Positions 23,253-36,314 of a stretch of DNA of 64,000 nucleotides are shown here, one piece after another. The position numbers and the translations under genes were made by a program. Every line of letters begins with the position of its first letter. The stretch's first letter is position 1. This DNA is from Raillietiella orientalis (lineage: Eukaryota), in NCBI GenBank assembly GCA_036172245.1, contig JAYWIR010000008.1:3534001-3598000 (forward strand), given 5' to 3'. Under the pieces are notes generated by a model, which worked only from the letters and a program-made list of their open reading frames with translations, made no database searches and was not told the DNA's origin.

Positions 23253-25126
23253 AGGAAAGCGTAACCGTGGCTAAAATTCACTTTAGGATTCTCTGAACAT
23301 AAACAAAGCTATCAAGGCTACCGCAAATCATTTCCACAGTGTTACCGCGAGAGCTCTCCTTGCCGCACCCTTTCCCGCGTCGGAGTCGAACGCGGCTCTT
23401 TTTGTGCGTGCGTTTTGTTTTTTTTCCGGCACAGATTGATTGATCCATTGCCCACCCCGCGTACTCTTCTGCACCGAAAGGGTTGTTTCGTTTGAATTAC
23501 GGGTGCTGGAAACGCTGCTGCCTTGCGTCGCTTTCAACTGTCGTCCCGGCGTCAAGGCAAGAACTGTGACAGCTGGCAACACGAGAGAGGAAAGACAAAA
23601 AAAAAAAAAAAGACAGGAAGAAGAGTCGGAAATGCCGCTGCAGCATCGCCGCTGAGAGACTTATTTCCTGCTCCTAGAGGAATCGAACCGCCCTCTGAAC
23701 TCGAGGACCCAGAAAAAAACGAAGTGTTTTAGGTGCACTTTGCTGGAACCTCGGGCGAAATGGATGCAAAAAAAAAAGGCAGGCAAAGTGGAGTGAAACC
23801 GAGACGGAGTGGATGCCCCAGCATTCGCGATTTCGCGCAGAACTCGGTGCAGCGTCTCCCCGCCCAGTAGATGGGCCGTGGAAGCTTGGCGCCACTCGAC
23901 CAAGAACATACGGGGGGAGGCCTCTCCCCCGGCCGTTCAGATCCTGGAAGGCCGGGCAATCGCGTAGTGAGCGGCCTTCCTGGTCGACAGAAGATGTCCA
24001 GGCTCCGGCTTGGTGGAATAGGACCCTAACCTACGGGAGGCTCGTCCGCGAGAAAGTGGCGCAGCCTCGCGGGCAATTTCCAAGGCCATCTCGGGTTAAG
24101 GAGCAGGACGGTCACCGGCAGGAACAGAGGAAAATCAAAGGAGCAAGCAAAGATGTGGAGGAGAGAAGAGGCAGCAGAGGTTGCGTGCACCGAGGTGCAA
24201 GCGTTCGCACGGCCAGGGCCCGGGTAGAGGAAGAAAATGCAGGTAACACGAGGTGTTTCCGAGGAGAGCAAACCGGCAGAACAGATCGGGACAGTACCGC
24301 GGGGTTGCGCCGTGCGGGCGGTGCTGTTCGCCGCCTCCCACCACGGTGCGCCCTCGAAAAAGACACCCTGGATCCGCTCCCACCTCCTTTCCTTCCCTAA
24401 CATGCGGTTCCTCCCCGACCCGCGGCAGTTCGCACGAAGGACAAGTTGGAACACTCGTGGAGTTTGGAGGGGGAGGAGGTGGTGCCCACGGCGAGAGGGC
24501 TGGAAAGGAACCCACACGCGGCACACATCGTACGAGGCAGCACGCCAAGCTCTATCGCCCGTGGTACTTTGGAACACACAATGAAACGTAGGGGAACAGG
24601 AAAGGGGGAGAGGGGAGGATGTGCACGTCACGAATGGCACGTGAATGATGCGCCGGGCTACGCGCGGCGCGCTCAAGCACACGTAGAACCTGTGGAAGGG
24701 GGTGGGAGGCCAGGGGGGACAGTGAGGGGATGGGAAAAACCGGCACGCACACATGGATGAGCGCGTTGAGGCTTCGTGACAACGTGCTGGGGCAATCGGG
24801 GGGCACGCGGCACATCTCAGCATCACTCTTGGCACTGGGACACACATGCAGAACGTGGAGGCAGCACACGTCACGCGGACGGACGTCCTCCTGGGCACCG
24901 TGGCACATCGTAGCGCATATGAAACTCTAAGGAACGGCTGGAGCGGAGGGAGTGCAAGGTGGGAGAGCAGGAGGGGGAGGAGGAGAACCACACGTAGCAC
25001 GCGTTGAGCGCGCGCGCAACAAATGCCAGCACGCGCCCGCGTGGAGCATCTCCGCACTCCTTCGCTACACTCGCCCTAAGAAGGGGCAGCAGGGATGCAC
25101 CTCTCCCACCCTACGACGTCCCCTCT

Positions 25127-25175
25127 TCCTCCCTCCCCTTCGTCTTCCCGCTCCCTGGCTTTCTTTCCCTGTGGA
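25127..25175 (+). repeat. 49-bp dispersed direct repeat, copy A (copy B at 27052-27100)
   Basis: TCCTCCCTCCCCTTCGTCTTCCCGCTCCCT(G/C)GCTTTCTTTCC..GTGGA; 46 of 49 positions identical by eye. Confidence 0.85.
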
Positions 25176-25536
25176 GAGCCGTGCGCTGTCCCCGGCTTCG
25201 GCGCGCCTGCGCGCACGGGGAGCGAAAGTTCTCCCGGCGGCGGCGGCGGCAGCAGCAGCAGCTCCCCTTCCTTCTCCCCTCCCCTTTCCCTCTCCCCACC
25301 CCCCTTCCCTCTCCTCCCCTCCTTTCCTCGTCCGCCCTCCCGCCCGCTTCCCTCCCCGCACCGCCTCTCACCTGGGGACCCGCAGCGTCTCCCGAAACGG
25401 CACGGCGCAGCCTTCCTCCCGCAAGTCCGTCCCCGCCGACGGGCTGCCGCGGAATGCGGCCGCCGCGCGACCTCGCGGGGGGAACGGGGAAGACCCCCGT
25501 CCTGCCTCCTCGTTGGGGGGGGGGGTCAGGGAGGAA

Positions 25537-25615
25537 GAGGAGGAGGGGAAAGGGAGGGTCGAGGAGGAGGGGAAAGGGAGGGTCGAGGAGGGGGGGAAAG
25601 GAAGGGTCGAGGAGG
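25537..25615. repeat. 24-bp purine-rich tandem repeat, about 3.3 copies
   Basis: Unit GAGGAGGAGGGGAAAGGGAGGGTC. Confidence 0.85.
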
Positions 25616-26724
25616 AAAAAGGCGGTACCGGGGAAGGGGGACAGAGGAAGGTGGCGACCGTGCGAGGTGGCGGTCGGGGAGACGGGTGGAAGGTTGGAGT
25701 ATGCAGAAGGGATGGGGTGGTGTGGGGAGAAATATGGGGGAAAGGGGTGGTTGGTGGTGTGGGGGGAAACCGCGGCCTCCTCGCTCTCCTCTTCCCGGCT
25801 TCTCCACCCCTCTCAGCCGCTCCTCGAGCGCGTGCGCGCGCTACCTTCGCGGCCGCCGCCGTTTCCCTCCCACCATCCCTCTCCCCGGGGGGAAAAAAGA
25901 AAGGGAAAGGCTGGTTGCGGGAACACGCGCGCTCGTGCCCGCCCGCCCGTTCGCTCGCTCGCTCGCTCGCCCCGATTCCGGTTCGTCGACCCCGCCGCCC
26001 CACGCTGGATCCCCGGAACGCCGGACCGACGGCGACCCTTTCGCAGTGTCCTTCGCTGGCCTTGAGCGGGGTCGTCGGTCCGGCCTGGCTCGAGTTCCTC
26101 CCGCCCTTCCCCGGCCCACGCGCCGTCGCATCAACTCCTCCCCCAAGCACGGGGAAAGAGAGGAGAGGGGCGCCTTCCGAGGAGATGGGGTGAGTTGGGG
26201 GGGGGGGGGGGGGGAAGACGGACGGTCGGCGGAGCAGGGATGCTGCCGCCGCCTCTGCCAGTAGCCACACCGACTTCCGAAGGGCCCTCCCCCGGAAAAG
26301 GGGTAGAGGAGGAGGATCGGGGGCAAGGAAAGGGAAGAGCAGAGGAAGTGGTGGGGGGGATCGGAACAGCCGGTCCGGCAATGGTGCAGGCAGGCGGTCA
26401 GAAAAACGGCGGCGGCAGCGGCGGCGGAAGAAGGCGCGCGTCGCCGCCGAGGGGACGACGACCCCTCGGATCCCTCGGAACGAGTTGCTTCCTATTCTGG
26501 GAGCGCGCGGCGGGGGGAGAGAAAGGGAAGCGGGGAGAGGCGCGCCTCGCGCGCGCGCGGAAAACACGTGAAAAGCGCCGCTGCCGCTTTGCTCGCGTGA
26601 CGTAACTTCGCTTCGACCTTCACAAGGACGGGTTCGTCTGCCGCGGCAGGCGAGGAGCAGGAGAGAGGGCAGGGGGGAAGGGAACGAGCGAGAGAGAGCG
26701 CGCGCGCTCGCTTCGGGAAGGACG

Positions 26725-26766
26725 CCTCCTCCTCCTCCTCCTCCTCCTCCTCCTCCTCCTCCTCCT
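26725..26766. repeat. (CCT)14 microsatellite
   Basis: Read directly. Confidence 0.9.
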
Positions 26767-27051
26767 CTTCCTCCTCCTTCCCTTCGAGTTCCCGCGGGGA
26801 CGGAAGGAAGGAAGGGGGGGAAAAAGGAAACAGAAAGAAAAAGCAGGGAAGGGCGCGGTCGCTGAGGAGAATGGGAGGGGGGTGGTGGATCCGAGGGAGG
26901 AGGTGGATCAGGAAGGTTTGGGAGCTCTTCCTCCCCCTCTACCGCTCCTTCTCTCCTTGTCGTCGCGATCGCAGAGTCCGGGAGAGGGAGCGCTTATTTT
27001 CCCCGGACTCGAGGGCGACGTGCGGGCGAAGGCCGCGTCCCCCTCGAAAGG

Positions 27052-27100
27052 TCCTCCCTCCCCTTCGTCTTCCCGCTCCCTCGCTTTCTTTCCTGGTGGA
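27052..27100 (+). repeat. 49-bp dispersed direct repeat, copy B
   Basis: Matches 25127-25175 with 3 mismatches. Confidence 0.85.
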
Positions 27101-29155
27101 CAACCACGAACGCCCGCCGTCTCCCCGCCACCTCTGCTGCAAGCGAACGCGAGCGCCCCGCACAGCAGCGGTGGCGCTCATCCCGGTTGCTCCTTCCTCC
27201 TGGTCGATGAACCTCGCAGCCTCGGCCCGCACTCCCGCCCGCTCGCTCGAGAGAGAAAGCGAACGCGCGGCAGCCGCGGCCGCGTCCTTTCCCAGCGGCC
27301 GTTCCCGTTTCCTTCTTCCCCCCCCCCCCCCGCTCTTCCTCTCCCTCTCCTCCCGGGGCTTCGATTTTCCCCGCATCCTTGACGGAGAAGGCGAGGACAC
27401 CGAAGGTAAAACTCCGGGAGAGAGAGCGCGCGCGAGGGGATGGCGATGGGGAAGAAGGTCGTTTCTCGTTCCCCAGCGACCGCTCCCCCTCCTCACGGCC
27501 GCGGTTTCCCTTTCTTGCGCCAGCGGCCGCGGCTGCAGCAGCAGCAGCAGCAGCAGCAGCAGGGTCGGAGGGGGAGGGGAGCGAAGAGAAGAGGCTGCGG
27601 CCCGGCCCTCTCCGCCCCTCCTCTTCGAGGGCATTCGATCGGGGTCAGGACAGAGTGCGGGTGTCCCGGAATGCACTGTTCGCGTCTCTCGCGGTCCCCA
27701 CCGGGAAAAGCGCGGGGGAGGAGCCCCACCCCCTTTCTGGACGGAGGACCCCGCGCTTCGCTGAAGCGCCGCGCGAAATGCAACCGCACCGCCGGCCACC
27801 ACCACGTGGGCAGAGGCCGCTGATCGCCGTACCGAAGGGTCTCTCCACCCCTTCTCGACCCGCGCGCGCCCTGAGCACCTTCCGTTGCCGAGCAACGCGC
27901 GCGCGCGCGCGTGCGTGGGTGAGCTCAGCGGCGGCGCCGAGGCGAGGGTAAAACACATCGCGAGGTGCGCTGCCTGCGGTCTCGGGACCGCAGCGAGCAC
28001 GTCCGGGGAGGGGGAGGGGGAGAGGAGGAGGCGGGAAAGGAAAAAAAAAAAAAAAAAAAAAAAAAACAGAAGACCCAAAAAGTAGGGCAGCGACGGAGAG
28101 GGAGCGCGAGCGGCACCTTGATCTCGGACCGGGAGGAGAGAGGAGGGAGGGGGAGGAGGAGGAGGCGCTGGGCCCCGGCCGGCCTACTTCGCGGGCGTTC
28201 ACTCGCTTCCCCCCCCCCCCCCACTCGCTTCTCTTCCCCACCCACCCGCCCACCCTCCGGCGAGCGCCCGCTTCCTCGACAGCCCGCCGGGAGGTGACGA
28301 CGACGAGGCAGGAGAGCAAGCGGCCTGGGGACGACCGCGCGCCCTCCTGCCCGCACCCCCACCCCACCCCGAAGCGGCGAGAGAGAGCGGCGTTCCTTCT
28401 GAAAGGCAGGGCGAGGGCGGGGAGCGCCGCAACTTTCGACGTCCCCAACCCCCCCCTCCACGAAGGCCTCCTCCTTTCCCTGTCCCTCCCCCTCCCGGTC
28501 ACTCCTCGCCTAGGGCCGGAAGCTCGGGCCGCTTCTCTCCCTGCCCGTCGCTCTTCCTCGGGCTGGCTCCCCCCTGCATCGGGATCAGAGGGGGGAGGGG
28601 GATGCGTTCCCGCCGACTGGTCCACGCATTCGCCCCGGGGGACAGAGGCTCCTCGAGTTCGAGTCACCGCCGCCTGCTCCTCTCCTCCGAGCTCCTTCCG
28701 CTTCCCTCTCTTCCTCCTCCTCCTCCTCCTCCTCCGGGAAAGTGAAAGTGGCCCCGAGGAATCGGCGCGCGCGGCACCACTCCGGCGGCGCTCGCAGCTT
28801 CCCGGAAAACGCGAAGTGCGGGGAGAGCCGAGGAGGAAGGGGAGAGGAAGAAGGGCGGGGGAGGCAGGGAAGGGAAGAGGGGGAGGGATCGAAGCAGCCG
28901 GGGGATCGCCTCCCGGGCGTCCGTGCACTCGCACCCCCGCTCGATGGTGCACACGCCGATTGGACTGCCCACTGCTGCCCCTTCGAGTCCACTGATGCTT
29001 GGAGGAGGCTGCGCCCTACGGATCGGATCTCCCGTTTTGCTCTCTTGCCCTCGGGAAAGAGCGCAGGCCGGCGGTCCGCGCTTCCCACCCTTCCGGAGGA
29101 GGATGGAGGGGGTTCCGGGGAGTAATGCTCTCCGGGTTCCACGCGGGAAGGGGCG

Positions 29156-29252
29156 GGAGGGGTCGAGGGTGGCGGCCCGCCGCTTACCTGAGTGGACGAG
29201 CGCAGGAGGGGTCGAGGGTCGCGGCCCGCCGCTTACCTGAATGGATGAGCGC
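29156..29252. repeat. 49-bp tandem duplication containing two CAG|GTAAGC donor sites on the minus strand
   Basis: GGAGGGGTCGAGGGT(G/C)GCGGCCCGCCGCTTACCTGA(G/A)TGGA(C/T)GAGCGC starts at 29156 and again at 29205. Confidence 0.9.
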
Positions 29253-29261
29253 TTGCGCCAT
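29237..29261 (-). CDS. Hr4: Candidate proximal first coding exon of Hr4 (MAQALIHS-G)
   Basis: ATG at 29261 in good context (GGCATGG), followed by a strong donor CAG|GTAAGC in phase 1. This matches the phase-1 acceptor at 19544 and gives MAQALIHSGIMTGW. No transcript evidence. Confidence 0.4.
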
Positions 29262-29493
29262 GCCTCCAGGGCTGGCGGATCGCAAACCCCGTCTCCTGGA
29301 AGCAGCAGCAGCAACAGCGGCGGCGGCGGCGGAGAGCAAGCGGACGGGCGGCTGCGGCGTCGACGGCAGCAGCAGCAGCAGCAGCAACGGGAAGCAACAA
29401 CGGACGGGATACCACGATCCGGCAGTGGACGAAGACCACCAGCGATACCACCGCGAGCCACACAACAACAACACCAACCACCAACAGCAGTAG

Positions 29494-29494
29494 C

Positions 29495-29526
<32 letters not shown>
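29494..29526. repeat. (CAA)11 microsatellite
   Basis: Read directly. Confidence 0.9.
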
Positions 29527-32500
29527 CGGTCACGACAGGAGAAGCAGCAGCAGAGGCGTCAGCAGCAGCGAGCACGCCTGCTATCACCACGGCAACTGGA
29601 GAGGACCACCCGTGGAGGGGGCCCTTTCACGCCCGGTAGTCTTGGGTGTGTCGGCCTGCGCGAACTCGTCCGGACGGCTGCCGTCTCTGCACTCCACTCG
29701 CCGTCGTCTCTACGCAACGCGCGGTGTCTTTCGGTGCGCGGCGCGCGGGTCTTTCCGTGGAGCGGCGGCGGCAACGGAGGCGGAGCCGAAGGAGGAGGAG
29801 GAGGAGCGGGAGGAGAAAGGGAGGAGGAGGAGGAGGAGGGCTACCACCACGACAACGGCGACGACGACCACGACGACGACCACGACGACGGCGACGGCGG
29901 CGCGTAAACAACGGCGGTGGCAGCGAAGCGCGCGCGCGCACGCGAGGGAGAGCGCCCGAAAGCGGCGCGGCGGCCTTGTGCCATATTGAGCAACGGTGGA
30001 GTCAGTAGCCGGGCGAAAGGTCGCCCGTTTCGCAAACTGTTTGGCAAGAGATTCCCAGAAGGACGCGCGCGCGGAGCGAGGGCTGCGCCTCCTTCGAGCG
30101 GGCGTCGGCATCGGCGATCGCCAGCCCTCCCCCCTCGTCGCCCTCCCTCCCCTCCATCCATCCTTCGTCCGCTTGCCGCAGCAGCAGCGCGAGATACGAC
30201 GGAGCGAGCGAGGACGTCGCCTTTGCTCCCTTCTCCCCTCCCTGGCGCCCTTCCTTCCTCCTCCTCCTCCCCCTCTTTCGTCCCACTTCCCTTTCGCCTC
30301 CCTCGGAGAAAGGGGGGTTCTTCTTCCTTCCCGGTGGGCCTGGCGTCAAGGGAACTCGCGTTCTAGGTCTCCAGAGGGCGGCAGCGGTCGCCCGTCCGCG
30401 AGTCGCGCCGGCCGTGACCCCTCCAGAGACCCCTAGACCCCTAGCGCGGGCTCGCGGTTTCCGCAGCAGCGGCGGAAGGGCCGTAGGGGTGGAAGGGGCA
30501 GCGGACTCCTCGGTTCCTTTCTTTGAGTCCCACCCCCCACCCCCCCGCCCCATCCCCGCGCTCCCGCGTTCCAGGGGCCCTCGGGAGGAGGAGGGAGAGA
30601 AGGAAGGGGCGGGCGGGCGAGGAGGCGAAAGAAAACGCGCCCCGCCGTATTGAGGTTGCTTGGAGGCGTGACGTAATGGTAAAAGCGCCGTAACCTGGAT
30701 ACGGAGGGAAGATGAAAAGTGTTCCAGATTTGCGGGCGCGTGTCTCTCGCGCCGTTTCGTTTTCACGCGGCTTCTCATCTGGGCCGGTATTTGACGCGAC
30801 TTTCGCGCGGAGGGCCCTGCTCTCGGGGGCGGGCCCATTGCACGGGGAGGCGCTGCCCACACCCCTCCGCAGCCCTGGAGGAAGACGATCCTGCAGAACT
30901 CCTCCAAGAGCGGACCGCTGAAGAAGGAAAGGGACAGGCAGGGAGTGCGCCGGTTCCCCCCAGAGCCCCCTCTCTTCATCTGCACCGATCCGGCGCCTTC
31001 CTCCTTTCGCCGCCACCATCGCCGCCTGCTTCTTCTTCTTCTTCTTCTTCTGCTGCTGCTGCTCCTCTTCCTCCGAAGACGACGATGACGAGGGTGACGA
31101 GGACCACCCCTCCGGAGGGTGACCGGGCACCTCGCGTTCCCCTGTCCTATCCAACGGTGACCTCTTCCGCTCCTACCGTTCGTTCCCTGAGGAGGAGGGC
31201 GCTCGGCCAGGAGTTCCTCCTCCCTTTCCTTCCCAGTCAGGAGAAGGAGAAAGTGGGGCCCGTCCGCCCGGTTGTCTTCGGGGCAGCAGGCGGCGGCGGC
31301 AGCAGCGGCAGCAGTTTTTTTTTTTTTTATTCTTTTTTTTTTTTTTTTTCCTTCCGCTCTCGTCCGTCGCCTCGGCGGATGGCCGGTGGCGGAGAAAGCG
31401 CGACCTTGGGCGCGGGCGGGGTTCAAGCGCGTTCGCCATCCTCATTTCACCGGGAAGAAAGCCCGCCGGCCGAGCGGGAGGGCCTCTCTCGAGGAAGACG
31501 ACGGCCAAGACGGGCCCGCGGTGGCGTCGGCAACGTCCGGTCTTGGAGGACGCGGGAACGGACCGAGGGCTCGGGCGGGGAGGAAGGCGCGCTGCCTCCG
31601 TCGATCCCGGAAGGCCGCCGCAGCGCTCCTCCCTCCCTTCTTCACTCGATCCCCCCGGGCGTCGTCCCGGAAACTCCCGCCATCTCCGTCCTCCTTCTCC
31701 ACAGTCCCTGAAGGTGGTCATCTCCCCTGCCCTTCCCCTCCTCTCACCCACCGAGCGGGAGGGGGGTGGAGGGAAAATCCGATCCTTCCCGGGCGTTGCA
31801 CCCGAGGGGGCGGCGGCGAAGGTCTCCCGGGGGGATCGTCCGCTTATCCGCACGGTGTCCGTGGACAGAACGGCGGGCGACGAGCGCATCCTCCGCCGTC
31901 CGGTCGCGGGGCACCTAGGGGCGCCCCCTCCCGACGACGCAGAAGAAGGCGCAGGGCGAATGGAGACGGGCCCGGGCGGTGAGGACAAGCAGCAGAGGAA
32001 AGGCCGGAGAGACAAAGCAGAGCGGCCCCGGGAGAGGAGCGGCTGGCTGCTGCTGCTGCTGCTGCTGCTGCGCGCAGCCTGCTCCGGAGAAAGTGAACTC
32101 CTTCCTCAAGTTCAGAGAACGGTCGCGTCACGCGGCCGGCCGGAATCTTGGTCACAAGGGCAGCGTGACTCTGCGGCGCCCGAGGCGGCTTCGCCGGGTT
32201 TCCTTTTTGCTTCCATTCCTCCTACGCTCGCAGCGCATCTCTCCCTCTCTCTCCTCCTCCGGCTGATGTCGGCCGACGCCGGCTGAAGGAGTCGAACGGG
32301 GCATGGGCAGGGGCAGGGCGCAAGGAAGGGGGGGGGGGGGATTGATTTGCTGCCCGCCACCTTCTCGTCCATGCCACGGCCGTGGGGGCATGAGCTGCGC
32401 GAAAGGGCAAAGCGGACGATAGGCGACCGAGGAAGCGCCGGGCGACATCCCTGAGCCGCTGAGTCCATCGCCGCGCCTTCCTCGGGGGGAAGGGGAGGGG

Positions 32501-34408
32501 ATGCTGGAGGAGGGGAGGCGGTAGCGACGCCCGCGGGCGCTCCGGAGGAAAGACGAACAAGATGGAGGAAAGCGGGGGGGAAGAGGGGAGGAGGAACAAG
32601 TGAAAATGCGATGGTGGTCTGTGCCCGAAAGAAGGCCAGAGCAGCGGCGAAGGCGGGCGGGTGGCACGGAGAGAGTAGGAAAGGAGGAGGAGGGGGGGGG
32701 AGGAAGGCGGTGGTGGGCGGGGCGAGAGAGATAGAAACGAAAACAAAAACCTTGCGGTTTTCTGTGTCACGGCGTCCCCAAACTCGCGGGTTAACGCACT
32801 CTTGGGCAAGAGGACCCGACGTTGCGCCAAAGATTCTTTCTCAAACATGGCCGCGAAATTTTGAGCCGGCCCACCCCCTCCTCCTCCCTTCCTTCTCCTC
32901 CTCTGCCACGCCGCTTCCCCTTTGCTGCGCCAGGTTGCCCGTTGGTCGCGGCCATCCGCTCCGTTCTTACTCGAGGGAGAAGGCGACCCAGATGGCGAGG
33001 GCCGCCCGCCGTCCCAGATCTGGGACGAGGGAGAGCGGACCGACGGCAGGGACAGGCCCCAGAGATCCATCCCACCTCACCGCTTGCTGACGCAGCTGAT
33101 GGGGCGGTCAGAGGCCCCGCTCTCTCCTCACGGACCTCACGGCTTTCGGCCGTATTCGCCCGCAGCCTCCGGGTCGGCACGACGCGCTTCTCCCCCCTGC
33201 TGCCCCGGTTCCCCCGCGGGACGGACCGCGCGCACTCGTGGCGGGTACGGCAGGGATTGAAGGCGGGACGGAAGGGCGGGAGAAGGATCCGGATACGGAA
33301 CGGGGAAGACTGGCGAAAGGTTGGACCAGCACAGAGCGGGGAAAGAGCTACAGCGGTCCCTGCCCTTGAAGAAAGCAGTTGGCCCCCTCCCCACCCTACC
33401 TTGAGTTTGGGTCTTTGCTTGTGTGTGTACGTTCTCTTTTTTGAGGGTAAGGGGAGGAGGGCAAAGGCTTTTTCCGTCTCCTCCTTTTCCTGACCCTGAC
33501 CCACACCGACCCCCAATGCCCCCGCTCACCTCCCCGGGCCCTGTCTACCCTTCCTCGTGTCGACCCACGCCCTTTCTCCCCTCCTCTCTGAAAAGAGAGG
33601 GACTCCGGTCTCCCAGAGAACAATCCGGACGAAAGGGACGGACCGCGCTCCCTCCTTATCCCCGCTCGGAGTAAGTCTCTCCCTTCTCCCCTCCTCTCGG
33701 TCCACCGACAGTTCCCGCCTCTCTTTGCCTCTGCCTCCGGGAAGCGCATCCGGACGAGAGAGAGGGAAAAAAAAAAGCCTGCCTTGCTTGTGAGCTGGGG
33801 ACGAAGGATGCGAGTAACGAGGCAGCAACCCTTCCGTTTGGGCCAGCAGGTGCGGCGGTGGCGATGACGCAAGCGCGCTCAGGGATGCTGCAATCGGCCG
33901 ACCGACTGGCCGGCCACGAGTCTCCCTTGAGGCAGGGACCGACAAGACCTTCGGAGGAGGCATTCAACCCGGGGGTCACCGCGAAAGGAGGGAGCAGGAG
34001 GAGGAGGGGGGGAGGAGGCACGGCTGCCGACGGGTCCGTGGCGAAGGTGTGCGCGTGCCAACGAGGAGGAGAGGCGCGCCACGGAAGCTGCATCCCCGCT
34101 GGAGCCTCTCCGGAAAAGCGAGGGAGGACAGGCGTCTCCCTGGTGTCCGTGAGAGCGCTCGCTCGCGAGCGGATCCGGGAACCGAGACAGGGAGCGGAAG
34201 GGAAGCTCTCGCCCTCCAGCAGGAGGAGAGGAGTGTGGTCACTTCAGTGGCTCCCGAGTCAGCGGGCACCTCAGCGCAGCCGGTGGTGCCCTTTTCTCCT
34301 CCACCTTCCTTCCTCCTCTTCCTGTTTGTCTGCGCTGCGCCGACCAAGCAAAGCGGGGCGTGCAAAGTCCGGCAGCAAAGCTGTCACCTCGCCTCCCCCG
34401 GAGCGAGC

Positions 34409-34421
34409 GGTGCACTGACCC
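34409..34421 (-). promoter_or_regulatory. Candidate ecdysone response element (hsp27-type IR1)
   Basis: The minus strand reads GGGTCAGTGCACC, which fits the IR1 EcRE pattern (hsp27 element GGTTCAATGCACT). A single hit in ~45 kb could be chance. Confidence 0.3.
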
Positions 34422-36301
34422 AGCCAGGGAACCCTGTCCCCCCCCCCCCACCCTTCCTTCCCCGGCTGGGATAAGGGATGCGAGGGGTGAAATGCAGCCC
34501 TTCGATTTGGATTTGCCGCTACACAGGAGCGAACGAGCGACTCATGGGAGAGAGAGAGATCCGTGCTCTCCGCACACCCTCCTCCTTTATCCCCTGAGGG
34601 AAGAAAGCGGGGAGCTCTTCCCCGGGTCCTTTGGAGCCCCCTGCTCCTACAGGAGAGGGGGAAGGAACTCGGGAGCTGTTTGCGAGCGAGGCCGCCGAGC
34701 CAAGGCACGAATAGGGATTTCCGGAACGGAGACAGTGAGCACGGGATGGCAAGGGAGATCGAAAGGGGGAACGAGAAGGAGAGAGAGGGACCTGCGTTCC
34801 GCTGACACGAATGAGTGTGCAAAGTGGGTGGGGCCGCGGGAAAAGGCCCTTCTTCCCGACCGCCGGCACTCGTGGAAGGGAGGAAGGGAACGAAGGGCGG
34901 TGACTGCTGGAAGGGCAGCAGGACTAAGGGAAGGGGGGGGGGGAGCGAGGCGAGGCATCTCCAGGCTATCCGCGGTGGTAATCGCTGCCACCCTCCCCTT
35001 TCCTCGTCAGAGAGGAGCTGCGAGAGGGGGAAAGCAGGTAGTACCGGGAGAGGGTGCGCGAAGGGTTCATGGGCACCTCGGGGCATTTCTGCGCGTAGTG
35101 GACGACCTCCTCCCCACTGTAATGCCTTCGGATCGAGGGAGGATCCACAATCCGTTTGGGACCCCCGGCCGAGGGCGTCGCCGTTGCGATTGGCTTTCTG
35201 AGTTGCCATCACGCCGTTTCTACCGGTGCTGCCTCTGCGACATTTGCGACGGTTGCTGGAGTGACTGTGGCGCCCTCTGCCCCTCGCTTCTGCTGTTGCA
35301 TGGCAGATGTTCTCCTAGTTGCTGCTGTCGGCATAGATCGCCGCTTCCAACAATGTCGCATCCGTAATTGCCTTCGGGATTGTTGCACGCTGTTGGGTAG
35401 TCCATATTGTTGCCGATATAGTTATTTTCTGACTGCTATTCTCGTCATCAACACTGCGGATCCCAAACGATTGTTGCTGCTGCGGTTATCATCGATATCG
35501 CAGCTGCGATTGTTAGCCGCTGCGCCTCTGACGACTGTTGGCGTCTCCGAAACCAATCGCCGTGGCGATTGCTGCTGCGGCTGCCTTTCCGAGATGCTCC
35601 TGCGCGCGTGAACCTGGCGCGACGAGGCCGCGCGTTGCGAAGGGGAAAAGAGGTGGCAAGACGGTGGCTCTCGGTGGGTAAGAAAGGGGAGGAGGGCGAG
35701 GGAAGGGGAAGAGGAGAGAAACGGATTCGAGGGGCGGCCGCTGCGGCGGCGTGTCTCGGTGAGCTGATGCCCAGCACAAACAAGGAAGAGAATGGGAAGG
35801 GAGATCATGCGTGCCCGGAGAGGCGTCAGCAGCAGCAGGTGGGAAGCGGTACGGTGGGCGGGCCGGGGGGGGGGAGGAGAGGGAGGGGGACGTGCGCTCT
35901 TAGGGCGATCGTCAGGGCGAGGCGGCGCGCTGAAGGACGCGCTCGCGTGCGCGCTCCGCGCGAAGACAAAGGGAGCAAGAAAGAACTGGGGAGCGATGCG
36001 GCTGCCTACGAGGAGCAGCGGACGGTGGCGGGGAGGGGTTGGCGGGGAATTCAGTGTTGCCAGAAATCAATCCCGAAGCCCGCGTCCTTCGGGAAACGGG
36101 GTCGGGCACGCGCGGAGCACTCGCCAGTAACGAGGCATGGAGGCGAAAACGGGGAGGACGAAGGAAAGGGAACCTTCGCCTCCCTCCATTCCTATCTCCC
36201 TCCCAGTAGCTCCCGTTTCCGAGCGTCGCCCGGAAACGAAAGGGAAACGGGAAAGGAGAGCAGGGACGAAGGGGAAGGACGACGACGCGGAGGGGGAGAA
36301 G

Positions 36302-36314
36302 GCGTCAATGACCT
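36302..36314. promoter_or_regulatory. Candidate IR1 ecdysone response element
   Basis: GCGTCA-A-TGACCT, one mismatch from RGGTCAnTGACCY. Confidence 0.25.

Noticed and set aside
15129..31409. FTZ-F1-type YCAAGGYCR sites (15129, 18156, 24080, 26057, 31401)
   Set aside because: This is a degenerate 9-mer, and the count is not clearly above chance.
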